From NCBI GenBank assembly GCA_017610385.1, contig JAFCCC010000008.1, positions 1 to 38,784 of the forward strand: DNA of 38,784 bases, written 5' to 3'. The notes under the pieces were generated by a model. That model saw only the letters and a program-made list of their open reading frames with translations. It searched no databases and was not told where the DNA came from. The DNA is from Candidatus Nanohalarchaeota archaeon (GTDB lineage Archaea; Nanohalarchaeota; Nanosalinia; Nanosalinales; JAFCCC01). Each line of letters begins with the position of its first letter. Position 1 is the stretch's first letter. Shown piece after piece: positions 1 through 9,598 of this stretch. Made by a program: the position numbers and the translations under genes.

Positions 1-213
1 TCAATTGGATATACATTTTTTTACTCATTTCCAACCATTAAAATTGGAGAAACAGAAGAATATTCTCATAGATCTGTATGTATGATTTCTTCAACCCAAG
101 AGAATTGTGTGGAACTTAAGATGCCTTCAATAAATTTAATTAAATTACAACCAGGTCAACATTTCTTAAAAATAAAATATATCCATCCTGGTGTTATGGA
201 AGTGACAGAATGA
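1..213 (+). CDS. 5'-truncated hypothetical protein, probably an upstream member of the pilin-like cluster
   Basis: Frame 1 is open from base 1 (SIGYTFFYSFPTIKIG...GVMEVTE*) to TGA at 211-213, which overlaps the next ATG (ATGA coupling). Confidence 0.7.
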   Translation, partial: SIGYTFFYSFPTIKIGETEEYSHRSVCMISSTQENCVELKMPSINLIKLQPGQHFLKIKYIHPGVMEVTE

Positions 214-695
214 AGGGTGTTGCTGAAACACTTAATGTAATGATTATTATCATCATTATTGGAATATTTGCTACGATTTTGTTTTTAATAAGATTTAGGG
301 GGACTGGAGAAAATATTGTTACTTTCGGAGAAGCTTCTCAAGAATTTGAGTCTAAAACACTATTAAATTCATTGTATTCTATACATTATCCTATTGTGGG
401 CGCAGATAATGAAGAACTTATGTGGGTTCTAAGATTTGGTTGCGCATATGGAAATATAGAAACAGGAGAATTTATTGTTTCTCCAACAATACCAGTTATT
501 TTTGATCCGCAATTATTTATTGAAAATTATTTTGAGCAAAAAATCGGAGAAAATTATTTCTTGGAGATTGTTTGCGGAAATAGAACACTAGACTACGGCA
601 AAAAACCACCAAATAATAAGAAAATATTATCAAATAAGCTAATGTTTCCTATTCCTGGGAGAGGTTATGGTGAGTCGTATTTGAGGCGGTGGTAG
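210..695 (+). CDS. Pilin-like protein with class III signal peptide
   Basis: N-terminus MKG|VAETLNVMIIIIIIGIFATILFLI: KG cleavage site followed by a hydrophobic helix. Confidence 0.7.
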   Translation: MKGVAETLNVMIIIIIIGIFATILFLIRFRGTGENIVTFGEASQEFESKTLLNSLYSIHYPIVGADNEELMWVLRFGCAYGNIETGEFIVSPTIPVIFDPQLFIENYFEQKIGENYFLEIVCGNRTLDYGKKPPNNKKILSNKLMFPIPGRGYGESYLRRW

Positions 696-696
696 A

Positions 697-2004
697 ATGA
701 GAAACTCAAAGGGATTCAGTTTGATAACTCTTGTTTTTGTTGTTGTAGTTGTGGTAATAGGAGGAATTGCGTGGTATATGAATAATTCTATTTCGGGTCA
801 GGGAATTTCTAGAGAGATTTTGGAAAATTTTAAATTACAGAAAGTGGAATTGGAAAACGAAAACTCAATATTATACTTAGAACAGGCTCTGTGGGATTCT
901 ACTGCAAATGCGTCACAAACAGTTTCAGATCTGGCAGGAAGAAATGTGACAAATGAAACAGACACTAATTTAACATATTGGCGATGCGATTTGGATGAAG
1001 TAAGTAATTCTGGAAGAGAAGTTACATACCAAATACCATCAATTGAGCGTGTTCAATTATCTTTACAAAACAAAACTATGACCTATCTTGAAAATATATT
1101 GAATCAATTACATGGAATAAGAGATGGGGTAATTTATGATGTGGGGGGTGTAAAATGTGCAGAAGTAGGATATAATACCCCCTTAGACAGCCCTTTAAAT
1201 TCTAAATATAAAACAGCGGGTATTATTAACAAAATAGATACAACTTTTGAGAGTTACAAAAGAGAGCGTGCTAATCTAACTTTCAATGACGATATAAGAT
1301 ATAACCGCTTCTGGTATATGTATACGATTATGGCTCGTTGGACTCAGGAACAGGATATGGAATCAGACATTTTAAGTGAGATGGCCAAGGTTTATGATTG
1401 GGTTGATGACGTTGTATGCACACCTAGTTGCACATGCCCTTGTCCTTATCAACCACTTTGTACTAGAATACCAATTAATTGGAGCACGCTAGTTAGACAT
1501 GCAGTAGACAAGGGTATTGAAAAGGGTGTTAATGAATTAGAGTCTGGTTCTCGTTATTTTAATGATAATAAGATTTCTTGTGGTTATGGGATTGAAATAG
1601 ATTACTATGACAATATTCCTTATATTACAAATGCAAGAATCGGGCGTTGTGGAAGCTGGGGTCAATGGTGTCTTATGTACTGCAGATTAGATTATGAATA
1701 CAATTTTGAAGGAGATATTGATATTTCTTGCACAGATCAACAATATCAATCAATTCCAAGAAAAGATTTAGAAAGACTAAACTGGAAAATTCGTTTTAAT
1801 GTTGAAGCCACAGACCCGCCAAATGAGGGACCATTCCCACCACCATGCGATAGTTTATTGTCTGGTTCATGTAAAACCATTGAGTCTCCGGATAGACTAG
1901 GTACTGATAAATTCCCAGAATGTACTGTCACAGATCCCGAATTTAAACTTTGTGATACCGGTGTAGACACCATTGGTACTTTATGGGGTGAAAATAATGC
2001 GTAA
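697..2004 (+). CDS. Large minor-pilin-like protein with class III signal peptide and Cys-rich C-terminus
   Basis: MRNSKG|FSLITLVFVVVVVVIGG; many Cys in the C-terminal half; begins 1 nt after the previous stop. Confidence 0.7.
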   Translation: MRNSKGFSLITLVFVVVVVVIGGIAWYMNNSISGQGISREILENFKLQKVELENENSILYLEQALWDSTANASQTVSDLAGRNVTNETDTNLTYWRCDLDEVSNSGREVTYQIPSIERVQLSLQNKTMTYLENILNQLHGIRDGVIYDVGGVKCAEVGYNTPLDSPLNSKYKTAGIINKIDTTFESYKRERANLTFNDDIRYNRFWYMYTIMARWTQEQDMESDILSEMAKVYDWVDDVVCTPSCTCPCPYQPLCTRIPINWSTLVRHAVDKGIEKGVNELESGSRYFNDNKISCGYGIEIDYYDNIPYITNARIGRCGSWGQWCLMYCRLDYEYNFEGDIDISCTDQQYQSIPRKDLERLNWKIRFNVEATDPPNEGPFPPPCDSLLSGSCKTIESPDRLGTDKFPECTVTDPEFKLCDTGVDTIGTLWGENNA

Positions 2005-3571
2005 AGGAATAGCAATTCTTACTGAAATCATTTTATCTGTTGGAATTATTGCGGCAGGTGCTATTTTTTTCTTAGTGGGTTATGATTTTCTGGGACATGA
2101 AACCCAAACGGCATACAAATATACAGAATTACAATTTTTATTGGACATTGGAAATAGAATAGATACGTCATCTTCACAACTTGGAAGAACTACTGTAGAA
2201 TATCGTGTTCCTTTTGATGTTTATAGTTTAAAAGGAGAAAATAACATATTAACCTTACAAACTGCTGACAATCCCTCCCCAAGCCATACTTTATTAGAGT
2301 TCAATTTAAAAGATTTCAACATATCAGATCAAGATTATATTTGTCTTTACTTTAAAAATAAAACAGCGGTTGTTGAACCTGGAGAGTGCCCTAATTTAAA
2401 TGTTAGCGATGATTTCTGCGCAAATTTACGGTGTGTAGATGGAATTTGTACTTCAGATTACGGAGAAAACTGCTTAAGTCCAGATTGTAATTGTAGTGGA
2501 GGAATATGCCAACCACACTATAAAACAGAGTGTTTAGATTCTAAAGGGTGCGTTAAAGAAGAGTGTGTGGGTGTTTTAAACTATAGTAACACTTGTAAAT
2601 ATTCCTGGGAATGTGGAACTTTTGAAGATGATCAGATGAATTGTAAGCCTTCTAAAAATAACATATCAAATAAAGGATGTTGTCCGCCAGATGAAGTTTG
2701 GAATGGAACCCAATGTACGATTGGCTGTGTTGGAGATCCATGTGTAACGGGAGAAGAGTGTGGAACCGGTGAACAGTGTGGTACTTCTGATGATTTGGTT
2801 TGCAATCCGACAGACATTAATTTTACAGATTTTAATAAAGGTTGTTGTCCAGAAAATTTGCGTTGGAATGGAAGTACTTGTGTGGAAGCTTTGACTATTT
2901 GTAATGGTCCTCTTCCCGCAGCATTTGATTGGAGAGATAGATTAGGCAAAAATTGGTTACCACCAATTCGAGATCAAGGTCATTGTGGCTCTTGTTGGGC
3001 ATTTTCTGCTATTGGCACAATAGAAGGTGAATACCAGGTTGAATCATATAAACCAGATTCTGGAATTAATTTGGCAGAGCAAGAACTTGTTTCAAGTTGT
3101 TGTAGCTCTTGTGGTAGCTGTAGTGGGGGTTGGCCACACAAGGCGTTTAGTTATGTTAAAAGCAGTAATGTTGTAGATGAAACATGTTTTCCATACAGAG
3201 CAAGCAATATGGGATGTAATAAATGTGGTGATGCAAAAAATAAAGACTGGACCGTAAGTTCTTTCATTAGGGTAAGTGGTACACAGAATATTAAAAGAGC
3301 ATTAGCCTGTCGTGGGCCGTTATCTGTTGCATCAATGAATTGGGGGCATGCGATTGTTTTAGTTGCATATGATGATGATAGTGACATTTGTAGGGCACAC
3401 TATGGAAAAGATGGTTGTTGGGTTATAAGAAATAGTTGGGGTGTACGATCGGGAGTATTGCATGGAGGTGTGTGGCATGACAAAGGTTATGGTTATATTC
3501 CATATTCTGGTCATTCTAAGAGCGATATTGTGAATTATGTGTACTATGTAACAGATGTGAGAGAAGCATAA
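1997..3571 (+). CDS. Pilin-like protein fused to a Cys-rich stalk and a C-terminal papain-family (C1A) cysteine peptidase
   Basis: Likely start is ATG 1997 (MRKG|IAILTEIILSVG). LPAAFDWR, QGHCGSCWAF (Gln/Cys), GHAIVLVAY (His) and IRNSWG (Asn) are all intact. CCPxxxxWNGxxC repeats. Confidence 0.9.
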   Translation: MRKGIAILTEIILSVGIIAAGAIFFLVGYDFLGHETQTAYKYTELQFLLDIGNRIDTSSSQLGRTTVEYRVPFDVYSLKGENNILTLQTADNPSPSHTLLEFNLKDFNISDQDYICLYFKNKTAVVEPGECPNLNVSDDFCANLRCVDGICTSDYGENCLSPDCNCSGGICQPHYKTECLDSKGCVKEECVGVLNYSNTCKYSWECGTFEDDQMNCKPSKNNISNKGCCPPDEVWNGTQCTIGCVGDPCVTGEECGTGEQCGTSDDLVCNPTDINFTDFNKGCCPENLRWNGSTCVEALTICNGPLPAAFDWRDRLGKNWLPPIRDQGHCGSCWAFSAIGTIEGEYQVESYKPDSGINLAEQELVSSCCSSCGSCSGGWPHKAFSYVKSSNVVDETCFPYRASNMGCNKCGDAKNKDWTVSSFIRVSGTQNIKRALACRGPLSVASMNWGHAIVLVAYDDDSDICRAHYGKDGCWVIRNSWGVRSGVLHGGVWHDKGYGYIPYSGHSKSDIVNYVYYVTDVREA

Positions 3572-3599
3572 TAAAAAAGAAAATATAATAATAAAGAGA

Positions 3600-4535
3600 T
3601 TGATAATTATGAATAAAATTAGGATAATTTTGCTTGTGGGCGCATTTGTTGTTTTTAGCAGTACGGCGTTTGGATTAAATAATCCGTCACAAGTGTATTG
3701 TACTGCCATGAATTACTCATATGTTATTGAGAATATACCAGAAGGAGAAGTTGGATACTGTTATTTTAATAATGGTGATTTCTGTGATGCGTGGGATTTT
3801 TTGATTGGAACTTGTGGTATGGCACATAGTTACTGTTTAATACAAGGATATGATATTGAAACTACTACAAATATGGAGATTTGTAATTCGGAAAACGCAG
3901 AAGAACAATGCTGTGCATGTATTTTAACCAATGGAACAGCAGTGGAAGTAACAAAATTAATGGGTCTCAGCTTTGTCGAAGGAGACTGTGGGGATCTTGT
4001 TTGTGTTTTGGGGGAAACATTTGAAAACTGCCCTGTAGATTGTCCCTCAGGAGGATTAGACCTTTTTTGTGATGGTGTAAAAGACAACATATGTGATCCA
4101 GATTGTAATATTAGTGAAGATGAAGATTGCAAACCTGTTTGCGGAAATGAAAAATGTGAACAAGGAGAGACTAATAAAAACTGCCCTGTAGATTGCGCTT
4201 TAACCTCGGTGTGTGGAAATGGTGTGTGCGAATCTGATGAAAATATTACTAATTGTAATATAGATTGTGAGAAAGAAGTCAGTTGTGGAAATGGTATTTG
4301 CGATGAAAAAGAAAGTTATCAAATTTGCCCAGAAGATTGTAAATCCGGACACAAGGACTTTTTTTGTGATGCAGTAAACGATGGTCGCTGTGATCCGGAT
4401 TGCAAGAATGGAGAAGACGTAGACTGTCAAATAAAAAGAAATTCTCATTGGTGGGTATATTCGATAGTTATTCTATCAATTTTATTTAGTCTGATTTTAT
4501 TGGTTAGAAAAAGCAAGGTACGTAAAAATGCATAA
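3600..4535 (+). CDS. Secreted, membrane-anchored Cys-rich protein with N-terminal DUF333-like domain
   Basis: Sec signal peptide; NNPSQVYC...GYC...C.AWDF..G.CG resembles DUF333; repeated CG(N/D)xxCExxExxxxCPxDC and D(G/N)xCDPDC motifs; C-terminal TM helix and basic tail. Confidence 0.7.
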   Translation: MIIMNKIRIILLVGAFVVFSSTAFGLNNPSQVYCTAMNYSYVIENIPEGEVGYCYFNNGDFCDAWDFLIGTCGMAHSYCLIQGYDIETTTNMEICNSENAEEQCCACILTNGTAVEVTKLMGLSFVEGDCGDLVCVLGETFENCPVDCPSGGLDLFCDGVKDNICDPDCNISEDEDCKPVCGNEKCEQGETNKNCPVDCALTSVCGNGVCESDENITNCNIDCEKEVSCGNGICDEKESYQICPEDCKSGHKDFFCDAVNDGRCDPDCKNGEDVDCQIKRNSHWWVYSIVILSILFSLILLVRKSKVRKNA

Positions 4536-6594
4536 GAAAGGGATGGTGCAGGGATTTGTAATTGCGATGGCTGCATTTGTAATTGCTGCACTAACAATTT
4601 TTTTAGTATTTAGATATTTTTCAATGACAAGATATCCTTTAGATTCAGAACAAGTTGTGCAGGGATCTGACAAAGAAGTTGCATTTCAGTTAGCAAAATT
4701 AATTGACTATTGTTGGGAAGAAAATAATTATGGTGCAGGGAATTTAGAACAAGATTGTTTTTTAGTTACAATCAATAGTGAAAAAAATCTGAGTGCTACA
4801 TCAATTAAAAGTCAGATAAGTTATCCTCAAATAAAAATTAAATCTTTAAATTTTACTGGTGGTGAAAGCGTGAAAGCCAAAATAATTTACCATCCGGAAA
4901 ATGGAACTATTGAAATCAAAGGTTTTATGGAATTATTAAATGGTATTTGTCAACCACAATATGGAGAAGATTGCTATTTCCCAGACTGCAATTGTACAGA
5001 ATTAGGAATCAGTGATATTTGCCTGCCTTCTTATACTCCTAACAAAATAACCGCAGTAGGTTGCGTTAAACCAGACTATGTACATATCTTAAACCGTGGT
5101 TCTCAATGTAAATATAATTGGGAATGCGAAGAAGATTTAACCTGCGGGCAAACTGTTCGTTTTGATGACTTTGAATTTGCGTGTTGCCCAAATGGAACTG
5201 GGTGGAATGGAAATGAATGTATAAAATTAAAAGAAATTGGAGAAGAATGTGAAGAAACAGAAGAATGCGAAATAAATCTGAATTGCAATAATGTATCTCT
5301 AAATTTTACAGAGTATTCTAAGGTGTGTTGTGTTGGTCAAAAGCACTGGAATGGTTCTGCTTGTGTCTATGTGTATGGAGAAATATGTTTTGAGAACCAA
5401 GAATGTGATTTGGGCTTAAAGTGTAATTCAAATCCAGAAAAGACTGGAAAAAACTGTTGCCCGCCAGGAGAAAAATGGAATGGTTCTGCTTGCGAATTAA
5501 AAGAAGTTGATGTGCTGGTTGTTGCATTAAAAACCAATATGAAAAAAGTTTATTCTGATGCGGATATTGAAAACTTAGAAAATAAAGTTGACGAATATAT
5601 TTCAACAATTTCAACAACAGATGATCTTGTTGGCCTTTTTGTATATTTGGATGAAGATTTAGTAAAAAATATTATTGGCTCTAAAGTTACGAACCCAGGC
5701 GACTGGAATAATATCGATGGCATTTTAGATCAATTAATTCCCAAATTGAAAGCGAAATATTTGATTATTTTGGGGGGGTATAATCGATTTGTTCAGGCAC
5801 CAATTGGCTCTTCTCAGGGTTCAGATGACCCATATGGAGATACAGATCGAGACGGTTCATATTTACCAGATGTAAGTGTAGGAAGAATTCCAGACCCAAA
5901 TAATGGGGACCTGCAAGTACTTTTAAACGGTTTAAATACAGCTATAAGCGTACATAAAGATGGAGGTTTAACATTGGACAGTCATGTAGCACCAATAATG
6001 GGTTGCGGGGGATATGACAATAGAAATTGGAACTCTGGAAAATGTTTTTGTCAAGCCATTTGGCCATCAACTTGCGTAGCATGTGGATCCTGTTGTGGGT
6101 GCATAAATTCAGCGAGTATGTCTGGAAAAGGATTTGTAATGATTTTATCACATGGTCCAGGACCCTCTTCTACAGAACTATATAAAGGGGGGTGTTTGGA
6201 TGTCAGACCAAATTTTATTACTAGTTTAAACGTGGATACGGCGTTTTGGATTTCAATGAGTTGTGGTGGAGGTCATTTGAAATTAAAAAGTCAAACTTCA
6301 GGATCAATGGCTATGACTTTTTTAAAGAAGGGGGGTGCGATTTATGTGGGTAGCACGGATTTGAATTACGGGGGCCTAGGCGGTTGCAGTGTACCTGGCG
6401 GTGATTCTTGTATTGGTTCTCTTTACGTTGAATTTATTAAAAGATTACAAGTGGGTAAAAGTGTTGGGGCTGCCTATCGTGAAGGTAAAAACTATTATTA
6501 TGGTAGATATAACTGTGGTGCAGGCAAAAGTTACCAGACCCATATAAATTGTTTGTATGGGGATCCTACCCTAAAAATTAAAAGTATGTGGTAA
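4528..6594 (+). CDS. Pilin-like protein fused to a Cys-rich stalk and a C-terminal gingipain-like (C25) cysteine peptidase domain
   Basis: MHKKG|MVQGFVIAM signal; C25 hallmarks YLIILGG, DDPYG, VSVGRIP, SHG (His), SMSC (Cys), GAIYVGST and terminal LYGDPTLKI. Confidence 0.8.
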   Translation: MHKKGMVQGFVIAMAAFVIAALTIFLVFRYFSMTRYPLDSEQVVQGSDKEVAFQLAKLIDYCWEENNYGAGNLEQDCFLVTINSEKNLSATSIKSQISYPQIKIKSLNFTGGESVKAKIIYHPENGTIEIKGFMELLNGICQPQYGEDCYFPDCNCTELGISDICLPSYTPNKITAVGCVKPDYVHILNRGSQCKYNWECEEDLTCGQTVRFDDFEFACCPNGTGWNGNECIKLKEIGEECEETEECEINLNCNNVSLNFTEYSKVCCVGQKHWNGSACVYVYGEICFENQECDLGLKCNSNPEKTGKNCCPPGEKWNGSACELKEVDVLVVALKTNMKKVYSDADIENLENKVDEYISTISTTDDLVGLFVYLDEDLVKNIIGSKVTNPGDWNNIDGILDQLIPKLKAKYLIILGGYNRFVQAPIGSSQGSDDPYGDTDRDGSYLPDVSVGRIPDPNNGDLQVLLNGLNTAISVHKDGGLTLDSHVAPIMGCGGYDNRNWNSGKCFCQAIWPSTCVACGSCCGCINSASMSGKGFVMILSHGPGPSSTELYKGGCLDVRPNFITSLNVDTAFWISMSCGGGHLKLKSQTSGSMAMTFLKKGGAIYVGSTDLNYGGLGGCSVPGGDSCIGSLYVEFIKRLQVGKSVGAAYREGKNYYYGRYNCGAGKSYQTHINCLYGDPTLKIKSMW

Positions 6595-6599
6595 TAAAT

Positions 6600-7202
6600 A
6601 TGAAAAAATCTAAATTTAAATTGATGAGAAAGGGCAACGTTTGGATAATTGTAGGTCTCTCTTTACTGATAATTTTAGGAATAATAACTGCTTTGTTCGT
6701 TGTTTTGGGAGACCATAAACAAGAAACGAAGATACCTACAAAATCAATTTGTGGAGATTCTATTTGTGATGAATCAGAAGGTTGCTATAACTGCTCTATA
6801 GACTGTAAATGTGCAGAAGACGAATATTGTTCTCCTGAAAAAAACAAATGTATTTTGCCTGTTTGTGGAAACGGGATTTGCGAGTCATTTGAAGGTCCTG
6901 ATTCCTGTTGTCTAGATTGTCCATGTACAATTCCTGCAGAAATTTGCAATAATGAAAGTTTAATTTGTGAAATTCCTTGTGAAATTCCGAAATTTCCACT
7001 TTCTGATGAAAATGTAAAAGAAATTGCTATTAACTATTCAGAAAGCATAGGTTTCATTGTGGAAAACACGGAAATTGTAAACACTGGAGAATATAATGGA
7101 AACGTAGTTCGAATTATTCGGGTTTCTTATCAGGGAGAAGAATGGTTTACAACATATGGAATAACTGAGGAAGGGCAAGTTATCGAACTTCCTGTGGCGT
7201 AA
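6600..7202 (+). CDS. Membrane-anchored or pilin-like Cys-rich protein
   Basis: ...MRKG|NVWIIVGLSLLIILG; CGDSICD and CGNGICE repeats; small C-terminal domain. Start is ATG 6600 or 6624. Confidence 0.65.
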   Translation: MKKSKFKLMRKGNVWIIVGLSLLIILGIITALFVVLGDHKQETKIPTKSICGDSICDESEGCYNCSIDCKCAEDEYCSPEKNKCILPVCGNGICESFEGPDSCCLDCPCTIPAEICNNESLICEIPCEIPKFPLSDENVKEIAINYSESIGFIVENTEIVNTGEYNGNVVRIIRVSYQGEEWFTTYGITEEGQVIELPVA

Positions 7203-7235
7203 TTATCAGAATATTTATACTCTTAAAAATAAAAT

Positions 7236-7699
7236 ATGGATATGGCAAAGGGCTTGGCAGTACAATTAATTGCATCTATGATTTTGGCGTTTATTGGCTA
7301 CCACACCACGGTGGAGACGCACCAATACCAAGAGGTTGCGGAGACCCAGATAAACAAGCTCAAACTCCAGTAATTATTAAAGATCCGAATGATCTTGCAC
7401 TTCGATTAGGAGGGTATATTTTAGATTGTTGGGAAAAGTATGAAGGATATGGAGAGTCCAGAGAAGTATGTGATGGTTTAATTATTGATGAATTGGTGGG
7501 TTATGTGGATGAGAAATTAATTACACAAAAGCTTATTTCACAACAACTTTGTCCAGATAAAATTCAAAATTCTGAATTAGAAGAAAGTGATGGAACTGGT
7601 TGTGGTACACTAAATCAAATAATAATGCCAATAGAAAAAATACAAGATGGAGATTTTATTACTATTACTTTCTTTAATGAAACAATTGAGGTAAAATAA
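7236..7699 (+). pseudogene. Frameshifted pilin-like gene (N-terminus and body in different frames)
   Basis: ATG 7236 reads MDMAKG|LAVQLIASMILAFIG and stops soon after. The -1 frame from about 7298 reads LPHHGGDAPIPRGCG...LGGYILDCWEKY...CDG and runs into the track ORF 7493-7699, with no start codon of its own before TTG 7493. Confidence 0.7.
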
Positions 7700-7700
7700 A

Positions 7701-8135
7701 ATGAAAAGCAAAGGTTCAATGTCTTTAGAAATGATTGTTAAATGGATCATTATGTTGGTAGTAGTTTTGGTGGCCATTGGATTAATTACGGTTTTTAGTG
7801 GGAGAATTAAAGAGTCTGTTCAAAATTTATTTCATAAAAACAATGATCAATCAGTTTATGTTCGTGTAGGTCTTATTGGTACAGATCAACAATTAAGCAA
7901 AATCGCGGAATTAATAGATCTTTGTTACAATGCAAAATTAGGTCAAAGCAGGGATGAAACATGCTATATTGTCCATAACAAAAATGGCGATTTTTCAATC
8001 ACGAAAGAACAAATAAAAGAACGCCTACCAGGCGGCTTGGCAGATAAAATGATATTTAAAGATGACGAATTTGATTCAGAAACTATTGTAATTTCTTATG
8101 GGTGGGTAGATGAAACAGTTGTATTGGAACAATAA
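7701..8135 (+). CDS. Pilin-like protein
   Basis: MKSKG|SMSLEMIVKWIIMLVVV with Glu at +5; IAELIDLCY...ETCY resembles the N-terminal domain of 4528. Confidence 0.8.
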   Translation: MKSKGSMSLEMIVKWIIMLVVVLVAIGLITVFSGRIKESVQNLFHKNNDQSVYVRVGLIGTDQQLSKIAELIDLCYNAKLGQSRDETCYIVHNKNGDFSITKEQIKERLPGGLADKMIFKDDEFDSETIVISYGWVDETVVLEQ

Positions 8136-8622
8136 AGGATCTATTTCTATAGAATTGATTGGCAAATGGGTTCTAGGAATTATTATTATTGCAGTTGGAA
8201 TTGGACTAATTTATGCCCTATTGAAACCAACTAATACGGATTCCATTCATAAACAAATTGCAGAAATGGTTCGTGGCAGCGAAATTCCTATTTGTCGCGC
8301 ATATGATAACTTAGAAAAGATAAACGAGATTGATTTTCAAGCCCTGTGTTTTGCGCGAGCTACAGATAAATGCAATAGTTCGGAGAATAATATAACCTTG
8401 GATTTTGTTTTAAGCAAGGATTTTTTTGAAAAGTTTCTTGTAGATTTTAATTTTGTTTCTGGAAAAGAACCATTAGTATTCTACAAAGATGCTTGTGAAA
8501 GTTTTACTGGTTATGATGGATTTATTGTACAATCTGAAAAAAATAAGATATTATTTCTAAAAGGCGAAAAAATTAAAATAGCTAATTTAAATCCTGGGGT
8601 AGGAATCTGTCCGTTACAATAA
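8110..8622 (+). CDS. Pilin-like protein
   Basis: NNKG|SISIELIGKWVLGIIII with Glu at +5. Confidence 0.8.
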   Translation: MKQLYWNNKGSISIELIGKWVLGIIIIAVGIGLIYALLKPTNTDSIHKQIAEMVRGSEIPICRAYDNLEKINEIDFQALCFARATDKCNSSENNITLDFVLSKDFFEKFLVDFNFVSGKEPLVFYKDACESFTGYDGFIVQSEKNKILFLKGEKIKIANLNPGVGICPLQ

Positions 8623-8654
8623 ATGTATTTATTCTAGTAAAATAAAGTTTTTTT

Positions 8655-9170
8655 ATGCAAAAAGGCATGAGTGTGGCCATGTGGATCTGGATTATCGGGG
8701 GTGTTTTAATCGCGGGTCTGTTGTTTGTAATGGTTGTAAATAATATGGGGTTTTTTACTTCCCAGAAATCCAGAGAAGCCATGTTAGATCAATTCAGGTT
8801 GAATATTGTAAATAAAGCTGACTTGATTTGTGCCTCGAGTATAGGAAGTGTAAATCCCTCTTCGGTTGAACTCAAAAATGTTCAGGCAATATATGCTGCA
8901 GAAAAACCTAGAAATGTTGATCCAAAAGCACCACTATACATAACACAAAAAAATTATTCTATTGGTAAATATCTGTGCATGTCTTTTGATAATGAAGAGT
9001 ATCGCTGTAAAGAAATGACTTGTGAGATAAATATGACGTACATTGGAACCCCATTAAAAACTTCTGATATGTATAAAATAGGAATAAGTGATGGTTCATT
9101 TGAATTTGATCTGAGTATTCAAAAAAATGAACATAGTAAGGTATTAATTTCTGCGACACATCGTCCATAA
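8655..9170 (+). CDS. Pilin-like protein
   Basis: MQKG|MSVAMWIWIIGGVLIAGLLF. Confidence 0.75.
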   Translation: MQKGMSVAMWIWIIGGVLIAGLLFVMVVNNMGFFTSQKSREAMLDQFRLNIVNKADLICASSIGSVNPSSVELKNVQAIYAAEKPRNVDPKAPLYITQKNYSIGKYLCMSFDNEEYRCKEMTCEINMTYIGTPLKTSDMYKIGISDGSFEFDLSIQKNEHSKVLISATHRP

Positions 9171-9208
9171 CGCTAACTTATATAATCTATCAAAAGCAAT
9201 TTCTTTAT

Positions 9209-9598
9209 ATGGCCGCACCTCAAAAACCAGAATTTGAAATAGACGTAATGGAACGTTTGAATAGCGCGTCTAGAAGAATTAGACAGCTTGAAGAAAATAT
9301 TAGAAGTATAAGAGATCATTTAACCGGTCTAGAAAATGAATTCGTCAAACAGAAGGAAGATAGGAATTCTTTTAATACGAATTTTAATAAAAAAGAGGAA
9401 CAAATTAAAATAGCCATAACTAATTTAGGTGTAGAAGTTAAGAATATCAATAGACGATTAAGAAAAGTTGCAACTAATCGAGAACTTCAAGAGATTGAAA
9501 GTTACATTCAAATTTTTAATCCATTAAAGAGCAGCTTTGTAACAAAAAAAGAGGTTCAAAAAATGATAGAAAAATATCGTGGAGGAGATCTTGAGTGA
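9209..9598 (+). CDS. Coiled-coil hypothetical protein
   Basis: Heptad-rich; C-terminal YIQIFNPLKSSFVTKKEV motif; TATA-like TTATATAA at 9178-9185. Confidence 0.75.
   Translation: MAAPQKPEFEIDVMERLNSASRRIRQLEENIRSIRDHLTGLENEFVKQKEDRNSFNTNFNKKEEQIKIAITNLGVEVKNINRRLRKVATNRELQEIESYIQIFNPLKSSFVTKKEVQKMIEKYRGGDLE

Noticed and set aside
7281-7350. Second BHB mRNA intron at the pilin frameshift
   Set aside because: The best candidate (GCGU/ACGC central helix) lacks flanking helices and would excise 30 nt, which does not fix the frame; a length of 2 mod 3 is needed.
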